64,000 bases of DNA, taken from Terriglobia bacterium (GTDB lineage: Bacteria; Acidobacteriota; Terriglobia; JAJPHL01; JAPKYU01). Below are positions 10,315 to 19,827 of the stretch, one piece after another (positions within the stretch are counted from its first letter, which is position 1; every line of letters begins with the position of its first letter). The stretch is from the NCBI GenBank assembly GCA_965206645.1, contig CBDBKE010000004.1, positions 640,001 to 704,000 on the forward strand, written 5' to 3'. The translations under genes were made by a program, and so were the position numbers. A model generated the notes under the pieces. That model did no database searches. It was not told where the DNA came from and was given only the letters and a program-made list of their open reading frames with translations.

Positions 10315-10378
10315 GACCTCACTTCCTCCTCAAGTGGATTCTCTCTCTTTCCACTTGGTACAAAAAGTGCCGGTCAGG

Positions 10379-10525
10379 TCACGCCCGCTCGCCCAGGTGC
10401 AGGTAATCTTCGACCCGGACGCGGGAGTCGACCAGCCTGGGACCAAACTTGTTGTAAAGCGTCACCAGCCCTACGAACCAGGCACTCCCGGCCGTGCTAA
10501 TGATGAGGAAACGTCTACGGTCCAC
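10379..10525 (-). pseudogene. 5' fragment of a Tat-signal/membrane-anchored protein truncated by IS3
   Basis: MDRRRFLIISTAGSAWFVGLVTLYNKFGPRLVDSRVRVEDYLHLGERA; the stop codon is the TGA of the IS terminus. Confidence 0.5.
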
Positions 10526-10683
10526 TCTTCCACCATTTTAACCCTAGGTTCTTAGATTCTCCACTCGCTTACCAGAAAATCTTTTGTGCGCATCTTGCAG
10601 ATCCTTGAAAGGTACCTGCGGACCTCCCTCATGGATCCGGAGGCTGCGGCTACGCGCAGACTCTATGAGAGAATGGGGCGGAT

Positions 10684-11544
10684 GTGGTGGTAAGCGATCT
10701 GTCGGAAGTTGCTGTGTCGGATATACCTTCCAGCTCAGACCCGAATACCGAGGATCTTCCCTCCGCCACCGGGCGTATTGAGGAGATTGCTGGCGGCTTG
10801 CCCGGCAAGCGTATCGCTGTTTTTCTTGACTACGATGGGACGCTCACGCCAATTGTGGATCATCCTGACCAGGCAGTACTCTCCGAAACCGTCCGCAGTA
10901 CTGTCGACGAACTCTCAAGGCGGTGTACGGTGGCAATCATAAGTGGAAGAGACCTGCCCGACATCAAACGGCTAGTGGGCCTGCAGGAGATCTTCTACGC
11001 AGGCAGCCATGGCTTCGAGATCGAGGGGCCTCGGAACTCGCCTCTGCAGAAGGAACAAGCTACCGATTTGCTCCCTGTGCTCGACAGCGTCGAGCAAGAG
11101 CTCCGTGAGCGGCTGGGGAAGGTTGCCGGCGTCCTCGTGGAACGCAAGAAGTTCTCCATTGCAGCTCATTTCCGGAAAGTTAGAGAAGGAAACGAACGTG
11201 TGGTAGAGGACATAGTCGACCAATTGCTCGCCCGTCACCCGGAGCTGCGCAAGCTATGCGGCAAGAAAGTGTACGACCTGCAGCCAAAAGTCGACTGGGA
11301 CAAAGGCAAGACTGTCCTGTGGCTACTGGAAAAGCTAGGACTGGATCGGCCAGACGTTCTGCCCATCTATATCGGCGATGACGTAACCGATGAGGATGCA
11401 TTCAAGGCCCTAGCGGGCCGCGGAGTGGGGATCGTGGTCCGAAACGGACCCCGCGGAACCGCCGCTCGGTATTCCCTGCAGAATGCGGGCGAGGTTAGGC
11501 ACTTTCTCCAACTACTCACATCCAAATTAGAAAAAGATTCCTGA
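10684..11544 (+). CDS. otsB: Trehalose-6-phosphate phosphatase (HAD IIB)
   Basis: FLDYDGTLTPIV, IISGR, YAGSHGFE, WDKGK, YIGDDVTDEDAF. Confidence 0.93.
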   Translation: MVVSDLSEVAVSDIPSSSDPNTEDLPSATGRIEEIAGGLPGKRIAVFLDYDGTLTPIVDHPDQAVLSETVRSTVDELSRRCTVAIISGRDLPDIKRLVGLQEIFYAGSHGFEIEGPRNSPLQKEQATDLLPVLDSVEQELRERLGKVAGVLVERKKFSIAAHFRKVREGNERVVEDIVDQLLARHPELRKLCGKKVYDLQPKVDWDKGKTVLWLLEKLGLDRPDVLPIYIGDDVTDEDAFKALAGRGVGIVVRNGPRGTAARYSLQNAGEVRHFLQLLTSKLEKDS

Positions 11545-11798
11545 TGAACTCGTAGTCGCTGGTATTCGAGGGCTTCGATCCTGCTCAGGGGGGCTTCGCG
11601 AGGCCCTTTGCGCCCGCTAAGAACGGCGCACCACTTCTGCTCACCTCCACGTATTGCGAAAACCACAGTGATACGCATTTCCACTCCAAGCCAATGTGCC
11701 TACGCAGGGACGAATAGCGGGCACGAACAATGTCGCCGACACTACGGGGGCTGAGCCGTCGTGCAGATAGGGCTGGCTGTCCACCTGCACACGGCTAT

Positions 11799-12545
11799 TC
11801 AACGCGCCCGAGCTTTACGAGAGGGATGGCCTATCTCTTGCTGCAATCGCTGCTGCAATCGCTGATTGAAAAGGTCAACGTAGAGATCAAGCCGTACCAG
11901 CGGGCGGCTGACGACTTCACTGTTGGCCTCCTCAATCAACCCTGAGGTCACCGTCCCACGGCCCGCTTGGTAAGCAGCCTCGAAAACGTCGGCCGCCAGC
12001 AGACCTCGATCAAGCAACCAAGTCAAGGCCGCCGAATGAGGCCGGAGCAGCGCACCCGCAAATTCTCGTGTGGTGTTCGCGCAATAAGCCCTGACATGCG
12101 CCAGTAACGGGGCAAACGTATCCAATTCCCAGGCCGTGGAGGTCGCGACCAACACGAACTTGCCCGGCTTCGTCGGCCGGGAGTGCTTCGGCGAGCGACC
12201 GTCGTGCACCTCTAGAAACGGAGGGGTCAGCGCAGTCATCCGGTCCAGGAGGTTTTTCATCTGGGCGCACATGCCGTCGCAATAGACCGGAGTGGCGAAC
12301 ACCCAGATGTCAGCCTCTTCCAGCCTGGGCCGAAGGATATCCATATCGTCCTTCCGCGCACGCTTCCCCTTTCCTTTCAGCCACGGGCTCAGGTCCCCCT
12401 CGGCCAGTGCTAAACGAAGATCCCTCAAGAAGAAAACTTCAACGTCCGCTCCCCGATCCCTGATTCCCGCAATGAAGGGGCCCAGGATCAGGATCGTCCG
12501 GCTGGAATCGAATGGCGGGCTACAGTCAATGGCGATGACTTTCAC
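11799..12545 (-). CDS. Flavodoxin-fold NAD(P)H-dependent FMN reductase / Isf-like protein
   Basis: MKVIAIDCSP, KDDMD..ADIWVFATPVY..MKNLLDR; the Fe-S Cys motif is absent. Confidence 0.8.
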   Translation of the reverse strand: MKVIAIDCSPPFDSSRTILILGPFIAGIRDRGADVEVFFLRDLRLALAEGDLSPWLKGKGKRARKDDMDILRPRLEEADIWVFATPVYCDGMCAQMKNLLDRMTALTPPFLEVHDGRSPKHSRPTKPGKFVLVATSTAWELDTFAPLLAHVRAYCANTTREFAGALLRPHSAALTWLLDRGLLAADVFEAAYQAGRGTVTSGLIEEANSEVVSRPLVRLDLYVDLFNQRLQQRLQQEIGHPSRKARAR

Positions 12546-13104
12546 AAACCTGCTCCCGTCGGTGGCAGAGTGTCGTTGGCTGAAACACTAACGCAGTCCC
12601 GTCAGTTCCGTCGAGTCAAAAAGCGAGTGGAAAGAGGCCCCGGAAAGCGTTCAACCCGTGGCGCGTGCAGGTTCGCCGCGAAGTCATGCAGACCCATCAT
12701 AAACCGGCGCTTCGTTTGCAGGGCGACGCAGCTCTGCACTGGCAATCAATTGCAGTTGCCCTTTGGTTTGAGGCCGCGAAAAAACGGACGCAGATTCCAG
12801 CGATCGGCATAGCCAGGCAATCGGTGCCGGTAAGGCAAGGCTCCGAGGGACGCCCTAAACTGGTATACTCCTCAAGTGGATCAGCCAAGCGGTGCAAGGG
12901 TGGGACAGATCTTCACCGGATAGTGGAGTAGTAGCTGATGCCGAGCTGTTGGGGTAGCAACTTCCCGGGTATTTTCGTGTTTAGAGCTTTAGCGGGTGCG
13001 ACCTGTGGGGTTGCGCGCCCAGCGGCTTCTGCGCCACTCCAGATGGCGCGCCAACGCGGGGACCGGCCAAACCGGGGCCTGAGGCGAAGGAAGAATCTGC
13101 TGAA

Positions 13105-14847
13105 ATGATTCAGTTTATAAAACGGATTCGTCTTAGCGAAGCTTTCCAGAGGCATCGCTTTCTGCGTCTCCGCTTTCTAGTCCCTTTGGGGTTGGTGGTC
13201 GCGGGAGTCGCATATCTGGGATTGAAGGACGGGGATGACGGGGGCAACGATACATACATCACAGTGGAAACTACCCGTGGAAGTATCCGGCACTCTGTCA
13301 GCTCCACAGGGATCCTTCAGGCGGTAGTAACCGTGCAGGTGGGAAGCGAGGTCTCGGGACGTGTGAGGGAGCTTGATGCGGACTTCAACAGCCTAGTGAA
13401 AAAGGGGCAGCTCCTGGCGGTCATCGACCCCGCAAACTTTGAAGCCCAAAGAGCTAGGGCTCAAGCTGCTCTGGGCATTGCAAGAGCCAACGTTAAGAAC
13501 GCGGAAGCGGCTCTGGGCAATCGCAGGGCGGAACTGATTAGCTCCAAGGCCAACCTGGAGGCTGCCCGAGTAGCCCGCAAGGACGCCGCGCAAGTCCTGA
13601 AACGTGCCCGGGAGCTCCATGAGGACGCGCTCATCCCCGAGCGAGAGATAGAAGCAGCCCAAGCCTCCTTTGAACAGGCCGCAGCTAGGGAGAATCAAGC
13701 AGCCGCCCAGGTGAACCAAATCGAAGCAGCCATCGGTTCCGCACAGGCCCAATTAGAGCAGGCTGAGGCCAGCGTTAAGCAAGCGGAAGCGGAGCTGCGC
13801 GTCGCTGAAGTGAATCTTAGGCACACCAGGATCATATCGCCGATTGATGGTGTCGTGATCGAACGCAATGTGGACATTGGGCAAACGGTGGCAGCAAGCT
13901 TTCAAGCTCCTGTGCTATTTCTGATCGCCAATGATCTGCGCCAGATGCAGGTAATTGCTCAGGTGGACGAAGCTGACATTGGTGCCCTTTCCGAAGAGGC
14001 GCAGGTCGAATTCATTGTGGATGCCTTCCCTCAAGACACCTTTCACGGCAAGATCTCTGAGATACGGTTGAGCTCCAAGCTTCCTGCCAGCGCAACGCCT
14101 GATTCCAGCACAGGCGGAGGGTCCACCTCCAACGTGGTGACCTATAACGTCATCATCGATGTGGCCAATCCCGACCTAAAGTTGAGGCCGGGGATGACAG
14201 CCAACGTGACTTTTACCGTCGCCGCTGAGCAAAACGTGCTGAAGATAGCGAATGCCGCCTTGCGCTATCAGCCAGCCGATGAGCGCATGTCGGAACAGCT
14301 CGAGAAGCTGGAACACTCACCGAAGTCCGGTGCACCTGCAGGCACCGTTCAAGAGGCGTCTTCCTCACAAGGAGGTACGCCGGAGAGTGGCAACCCCAGA
14401 AGAGGAAGGGGATGGAGCCGTGGCAGGGATGACGGTGCTCCTCGTTCAGCTCGGAACCAGAAAGGGCAACAGCCACCGGGAAAGCCCCGAGCGGGCTCTG
14501 GACCGCTCCGGGCGGATGCCGAGCGTCCTACCCTGGCTGACAATCCTAGTCCAGACCGTTATCGCGTCCAGCCGGAGGCGAAGATCCACTTTCCCCCAAC
14601 GGAGGTATCCAGGCCGCGTTGGAGTACCGTTTGGGCGCTGGATGAGAACGGAGAACTCGCGCCCCATCGTGTCAAACTCGGCATCACCAATGGAAGGGAG
14701 ACGGCGGTCCTTGAGGGAGAGCTCTCTGAAGGCGCCATGATCGTGACGGGTGAATACCTGGATGGTGATGAGGTTGGCGCGCGCTCGCCTTTTGGTGGGC
14801 CATTCGGGCGCCGCCGGCCTAGAAGACAGCAACGTAGGCAACGCTAG
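13105..14847 (+). CDS. MacA-like periplasmic adaptor (membrane fusion protein)
   Basis: N-terminal TM, VQVGSEVSGRV, long coiled coil, ISPIDGVVIERNVDIGQTVAASFQAP, LRPGMTANV. Confidence 0.9.
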   Translation: MIQFIKRIRLSEAFQRHRFLRLRFLVPLGLVVAGVAYLGLKDGDDGGNDTYITVETTRGSIRHSVSSTGILQAVVTVQVGSEVSGRVRELDADFNSLVKKGQLLAVIDPANFEAQRARAQAALGIARANVKNAEAALGNRRAELISSKANLEAARVARKDAAQVLKRARELHEDALIPEREIEAAQASFEQAAARENQAAAQVNQIEAAIGSAQAQLEQAEASVKQAEAELRVAEVNLRHTRIISPIDGVVIERNVDIGQTVAASFQAPVLFLIANDLRQMQVIAQVDEADIGALSEEAQVEFIVDAFPQDTFHGKISEIRLSSKLPASATPDSSTGGGSTSNVVTYNVIIDVANPDLKLRPGMTANVTFTVAAEQNVLKIANAALRYQPADERMSEQLEKLEHSPKSGAPAGTVQEASSSQGGTPESGNPRRGRGWSRGRDDGAPRSARNQKGQQPPGKPRAGSGPLRADAERPTLADNPSPDRYRVQPEAKIHFPPTEVSRPRWSTVWALDENGELAPHRVKLGITNGRETAVLEGELSEGAMIVTGEYLDGDEVGARSPFGGPFGRRRPRRQQRRQR

Positions 14848-14885
14848 CCGCGCTGAATCCACAAGCGAACCTGCATGAAGCGCGT

Positions 14886-15635
14886 ATGGGAACAAGCGTA
14901 AGCGCGAACGGGAAGACAGAGCACCAAGAAAGCGCATCCAGTCTCATTTCTCTTCAACATATCCATAAGACATACAGCTTGGGTGAGCAGACTGTACGCG
15001 CCCTCCAGGATGTCTCCTTAGAGATTCCTCGGAGCCAATTCTTGGGCCTGATGGGGGCTTCTGGTTCAGGCAAATCCACAATGCTCAATATCGTGGGATG
15101 TCTAGACCGACCGTCCAGCGGGACTTATCTTCTGGACGGCGAGGATGCGTCCGATCTCTCGTCCGCCCAGCGCTCCGACATTCGTAATCGAAAGATTGGT
15201 TTTGTCTTCCAGAATTTCAATCTCTTGCCGCGAACGACGGTCTGGGAAAATGTAGAGGCGCCCCTACTCTATGCTGGGGTACCAAAGACGGAGCGCAACC
15301 ACCGGGTCCGGCAGGTGCTCGAGACCGTCGGAATTGCGGAAAAAGCGAATGCCCTGCCCACTCAGCTTTCCGGAGGCCAGCAGCAACGGGTGGCCGTGGC
15401 TCGGGCACTGGTCAATCGCCCGGCACTCCTGCTGGCGGACGAGCCCACGGGAAACCTGGATAGTGTGACTTCGCAGGAAATCATGCGTTTCCTGCGTGAT
15501 CTCAACGCTCAGCATGGTCTCACGTTGCTCCTGGTGACCCACGAAGCCGATATAGCCGCCTATGCCGCTCGGATCATCCACATGAGGGACGGTCGCATTC
15601 AACGGGATGAGGAGAATGCAAACCAAATTCTCTAA
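14886..15635 (+). CDS. ABC transporter ATP-binding protein (MacB/LolD type)
   Basis: [38 protein letters not shown]. Confidence 0.95.
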   Translation: MGTSVSANGKTEHQESASSLISLQHIHKTYSLGEQTVRALQDVSLEIPRSQFLGLMGASGSGKSTMLNIVGCLDRPSSGTYLLDGEDASDLSSAQRSDIRNRKIGFVFQNFNLLPRTTVWENVEAPLLYAGVPKTERNHRVRQVLETVGIAEKANALPTQLSGGQQQRVAVARALVNRPALLLADEPTGNLDSVTSQEIMRFLRDLNAQHGLTLLLVTHEADIAAYAARIIHMRDGRIQRDEENANQIL

Positions 15636-15711
15636 ACGATTCTCAGCCCTGGGCGGAATACCGTGCGAGCCTAGCTGTACGGTGGGCCAGGATTCATAAA
15701 CGAGGCACGCC

Positions 15712-16932
15712 ATGAATCTGCAAATGATTCTCCGAATTTCCCTCAGGGGTCTGAGGCGTAACAAGATCCGGTCGATTCTGACGATGCTCGGCATCATTAT
15801 CGGCGTCGCCGCCTTGATTTCCATGGTCAGCCTGGGGCAAGGCGCCCAGCAACAAGTCCAAGAACAGATCGCTGCCATGGGCACCAACATGCTCTACCTG
15901 AGAGCCGGCAGCCGGCGGGCTTGGGGACTCCAAGGCGGCCCAGGCACGGTGAATACCCTAACTCCAGCGGATATTACGGCTATCGTGCAAGAATGCCCTT
16001 CCGTGCATATTGCTAGCCCCAGTGTGGGGACCCTGGCCCAGGTCGTTTTCGGTAACCAAAATTGGAATACACGAGTAGAAGGTTTTAACCAGCATTTTCC
16101 CGAAATACGCAAATGGCAGGTAGTGCGCGGAACCTTTTTCGATGAAGGCCACGTTAAGACGTCCGCACGGGTGGCTGTTCTAGGTCAGACTTTAGGCGAC
16201 ATTTTGTTTTCAGGAAGCGACCCCGTGGGCCAAACGATCCGGATTCGCAACCTGCCCTTCCACGTGTTGGGAGTCTTGGATGTGAAGGGACAAAATCGGT
16301 GGGGACGAGATCAGGATGACGTCATCATTGTTCCTTACACGACGGCACAAAAGAAACTGCTGGGCGGGATTATGCACATCCAGTCAGCCATGGTCTCCGC
16401 GGTCAGCGCGCGCGCCACTTATACTGCGGAGCAGCAAATCAAAGCCACGTTGCGCCAGCGCCACCGCCTGCGGGCTGTACAGGACGATGACTTCTCCGTG
16501 CGGAACCTCAGCGACATTGCGGATGCCGCTGCAGCTACCAATCGCATTCTAACTGCCTTGCTCGCCAGCATCGCCGCCGTCTCTCTTCTTGTAGGGGGCA
16601 TCGGCATCATGAACATCATGCTTGTAGCCGTGACCGAACGTACCCGAGAGATTGGCATCCGAATGGCTATCGGCGCTCGTCCTAACCAAATACGCGTGCA
16701 GTTTTTAGCCGAATCGATGGTCCTTTGCACCCTGGGAGGTCTGCTAGGGGTGACGACCGGCATTGGTGGTTCCTATGCTATCTTTGGACTTCTGGGCTGG
16801 CCAACGTTACTTTCTCCTGTCTCGATCGTCATCGCAGTTGCCTTCTCCGGCTTTATCGGAGTCTTCTTTGGCTTTTACCCTGCGCATAAGGCCGCCCTTC
16901 TAGACCCGATCGAAGCACTACGCTACGAGTAG
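15712..16932 (+). CDS. MacB/FtsX-type ABC permease
   Basis: RSILTMLGIIIGV, GGIGIMNIMLVAVTERTREIGIRMAIGA, DPIEALRYE. Confidence 0.95.
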   Translation: MNLQMILRISLRGLRRNKIRSILTMLGIIIGVAALISMVSLGQGAQQQVQEQIAAMGTNMLYLRAGSRRAWGLQGGPGTVNTLTPADITAIVQECPSVHIASPSVGTLAQVVFGNQNWNTRVEGFNQHFPEIRKWQVVRGTFFDEGHVKTSARVAVLGQTLGDILFSGSDPVGQTIRIRNLPFHVLGVLDVKGQNRWGRDQDDVIIVPYTTAQKKLLGGIMHIQSAMVSAVSARATYTAEQQIKATLRQRHRLRAVQDDDFSVRNLSDIADAAAATNRILTALLASIAAVSLLVGGIGIMNIMLVAVTERTREIGIRMAIGARPNQIRVQFLAESMVLCTLGGLLGVTTGIGGSYAIFGLLGWPTLLSPVSIVIAVAFSGFIGVFFGFYPAHKAALLDPIEALRYE

Positions 16933-17128
16933 TCCAACAGGTCGTCTGGTTCCCGAATCTTAGACAAAGAACGTGCCGGTCTCCGGGCACTCCAGGTGGG
17001 TGTCCTGTGCCCGACAGGCTACAAGTAGCTTTTAAGAGAATAGCTTGAGGGGGAATCTTCTACTTCAACTTTGCGTTCGTCCAGAATCATACGCCAGCCT
17101 GACCTGCCGGCTTTCTTCGGACCACCGA

Positions 17129-18052
17129 TTACTGGAGAACAGCGCCAGTCGGCATGGTTAAGTCGCTCTCGTGTTCTTCTTGGTCAGCGTGAGCCGGCAT
17201 CGCCGGCGAGCGCCCACCGTCATCCGAGCCAGCACGGAGCTGCGCTTTGAACTCGGCTGGCGTCAGATAGCCAAGGCTCGAGTGCGGTCGCACGTCGTTG
17301 TAGTGCCGTCGCCATTGCTCGATCCCCACCTTCGCGTCCACGCGGTTCCGAAACCACTGCAGGCTCAGATACTCGTCGCGGAACTTCCCGTTGAACGATT
17401 CGTCGGTCGCATTCTGCCACGGCTTCCCCGGCTCGATGAGCGCGGTTTCGATCTGCGCCTGGAGCAGCCACCGGAGAATCGCACCCGCGACAAACTCGGG
17501 GCCGTTGTCGGACCGGAGGTAACGTGGGGCTCCGTGGACGCTCACGAGCTGCGTGAGCACCTCGATAACGCGCCCGGACCGAATGCCGCCGGCCACGTCG
17601 ATCGCGAGTGACTCGCGGGTCCATTCGTCGACGACGGTGAGGCACTTGAGCGTCTGCCCATTCGCGCAGGTGTCGAACACGAAGTCGTACGCCCAGACGT
17701 GATTGACCGCAGTGGCGGGCACCGGGCGGGGCCGGCTCAGGGCGACCCGGCGCCGCGGCCGCCGCCGAGGCACCTGCAACCCCGCCTGGCGCCAGAGGCG
17801 ATGGGTCCGGTCCGTGCTCATCGTGTGCCCTTCGCGTTTTAGGAAAATCCGAATCCGGCGATAGCCGTACCGCGGATACTGCGCCGCCAGACGACGCATC
17901 GCGGCCAGCGCCGGGGCATCCCGGTCGACCAGCCGCGACTGGTAGCCCAGCGTGGACCGTGCGACGGAGAGCAAGGCGCACGCGCGGCGACCCGACAGAC
18001 CGCGTGCACGTGCATACGCGACCTGCGGCCGGCGCACGCGTGCGCCTACCAT
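17129..18052 (-). CDS. IS3 OrfB (DDE integrase core)
   Basis: YGYRRI, NHVWAYDF, LRSDNGPEF, PGKPWQNATDESFNGKFRDE, RPHSSLGYLTP. Confidence 0.9.
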   Translation of the reverse strand: MVGARVRRPQVAYARARGLSGRRACALLSVARSTLGYQSRLVDRDAPALAAMRRLAAQYPRYGYRRIRIFLKREGHTMSTDRTHRLWRQAGLQVPRRRPRRRVALSRPRPVPATAVNHVWAYDFVFDTCANGQTLKCLTVVDEWTRESLAIDVAGGIRSGRVIEVLTQLVSVHGAPRYLRSDNGPEFVAGAILRWLLQAQIETALIEPGKPWQNATDESFNGKFRDEYLSLQWFRNRVDAKVGIEQWRRHYNDVRPHSSLGYLTPAEFKAQLRAGSDDGGRSPAMPAHADQEEHESDLTMPTGAVLQ

Positions 18053-18309
18053 TTTTTTCGGGTGATTTCCTTGAGCACGTCGATCTCCAGATCTCGATCG
18101 GCCACCATCTTTTTCAGCCGGCCGTTCTCCTGCTCGAGCTGCCGCAGCCGCTTCACATCGGCGGGCTCCAACGTGCCGAAGTGTTTCCGCCAGGCGTAGA
18201 GCGTCTGGGCGCTGACGCCGTTCTTTTTGGCCACCTCCGGAACGGGCCGCTGATCGGCCTCGCGGAGGATCGTCACCATCTGCTCTTCGGTAAACCGGGT
18301 CTTCTTCAT
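18046..18309 (-). CDS. IS3 OrfA
   Basis: MKKTRFTEEQMVTILRE, TLYAWRKHFG, RLRQLEQENGRLKK. Confidence 0.92.
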   Translation of the reverse strand: MKKTRFTEEQMVTILREADQRPVPEVAKKNGVSAQTLYAWRKHFGTLEPADVKRLRQLEQENGRLKKMVADRDLEIDVLKEITRKKW

Positions 18310-18441
18310 GGCTCCCTCGTTTCTCCGAGGGCGCCATTCTCTCAGGCTTCAGCTGGTCCGGAAATCGCCAGGCAGGTCATGCTAAAGACAGCTCGATGTG
18401 CGCTGCCCCCCATAAAACGCCCCGTTGCCAGGAGAGTTCGG

Positions 18442-19683
18442 ATGAACACGAGAAAAAGATGGCTGTGCCACAATCGGATCGTGCTCGCTCTTGCGACCAG
18501 TGCATTGTTTTTTGGTGGGATCACATCTGTGGTTGCTCAGAATGGCAATGCATTTGGGCGCGGGCATGATAAAGAGGAACATCCGTTGGGAGGATCTCCG
18601 GGGCTGAGCGGCGGTGGACCTCCGGGACACGCAAACCAGGGAAATGGTAAAGGCCCACGAGGGAAAGATTCCCTGATCGTCGAGGCCAAGACCAGCATCG
18701 GCGACTCAGTCGAACCCTTCTCCCCCGGTAAAGCCTCGCATAACTCGCGGTACGTTTTTTGCCTGCCTGATGGCGCCGGCAGTCCCTTCAGTCAGACCTT
18801 CCCGCTGGAATTCACCCTCACCAACGAGAACGGGAATCCGGAAGAAATGGTGGAGGTCACGATAGACCCGGTCGGACGGCTGGCCGAACAAGCTACCGTG
18901 CCAGATCCCTTTATGCTTACTGATGACGGCAGCCTACTGATGAAGGACGTGTCTGTAGGCCCCACCGATCCTCTCGAAGACGGTGCGTACACGCTGAACC
19001 TTCAGATCCGTGCTACTCCGGCGCGAAGGGTTCACCGGTCTCATCATATCGTGCGCATCCATGTGCTCGTGGGAACCGCCTGTAACGGGGAAGAGGAAGA
19101 GCTTGAAGAAGAACAACCGGTCAACGGCCAGGACGATCCTCCACAGGCACGGAACGGCTTTTTCACCGACTCGGAATTTAACTTGCTTCAGGATTGTTAG
19201 CAGCAAGATGTCGTCGAGAATTCGGGTGGCACCTTCACAATCGTTACCCGCCCCGAGACCAATCTGATCACGGCGACCAATCCAGGCACGTTTTATCTCA
19301 ACCTGATTTGGCCAAATATGGGCGGAGCGGAGACGGTCACAATCGAGCTTTCTGCTACCAACCTTGTACCCACGGGAGCCAATGCTGTCCATGCTCTCGT
19401 TTTTGATCCCAACGGAATCATCGGGGGCAAGGACAACTGGGATATGGTCAACGAGGACGGCAAACCTTGCGGGCCGGACGGTCCCTGCACGCTGGAGGTT
19501 GACGGCGGCCAGACGCTGTGGTTGACTTGGCATCTAGTTTTCGCTGGCACTGGCCAATCTGCTGACGACATCAGCAGCGTTTGCGAAGAAGGAGAAACCG
19601 TCACCGCCACCGCAACGCTGACCGGTGGCCGAGGCGAGTTGGCCGCAACGACACTCGAAGCAACAGGGCATGTAAAAGAATAA
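18442..19683 (+). pseudogene. Secreted beta-rich protein (~413 codons) interrupted by one in-frame TAG at 19198-19200
   Basis: AGGAGA RBS; signal peptide MNTRKRWLCHNRIVLALATSALFFGGITSVVA; the same frame stays open after the TAG (QQDVVENSGG...ATNPGTFYLNLIWPNMGG...) to TAA 19683. Confidence 0.65.
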
Positions 19684-19700
19684 ATAAATCAACTCGAAAT

Positions 19701-19826
19701 GGGCTCTACCAGAGCAACGTGACGGTACCTGAGGTTCTCCAGTCCGGTGATGCTGCGGTGGAGGTCACCGTGGAGCGGATTGGCTCGGGCGGAGGAGTAA
19801 CATTACCAGTGGTGCCAGGCCTGTGA
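19701..19826 (+). pseudogene. Remnant C-terminus of a TIGR03437 (Soli_cterm)-like domain
   Basis: GLYQSNVTVPEVLQSGDAAVEVTVERIGSGGGVTLPV resembles GVWQINALVPENITPDVAVPMSITAGGVTSNTVRIAVE at the end of 56816..57997; no start codon. Confidence 0.45.
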
Positions 19827-19827
19827 A

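Larger units (their letters stand above)
9060..10381 (-). mobile_element. IS3-family insertion sequence (element 1)
   Basis: IRs TGACCAGACCGATTTTTTGTACCAA (9060) and TGACCTGACCGGCACTTTTTGTACCAA (reverse complement ending 10381); orfA/orfB with G GGA AAC slippery site at 10042-10048; no TSD. Confidence 0.93.
17100..18379 (-). mobile_element. IS3-family insertion sequence (element 2)
   Basis: IRs TGACCTGCCGGCTTTCTTCGGACCA (17100) and TGACCTGCCTGGCGATTTCCGGACCA (reverse complement ending 18379); A7 slippery run at 18052-18058; no TSD. Confidence 0.93.

Noticed and set aside
12740-12754. TGGCAATCAATTGCA as a sigma54 promoter
   Set aside because: GG to GC spacing is 9 nt, not the required 10.
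17959-18441. Apparent N-terminal extension of the 17959..19200 ORF
   Set aside because: Mostly antisense IS3 sequence; the real start is ATG 18442 with RBS and signal peptide.
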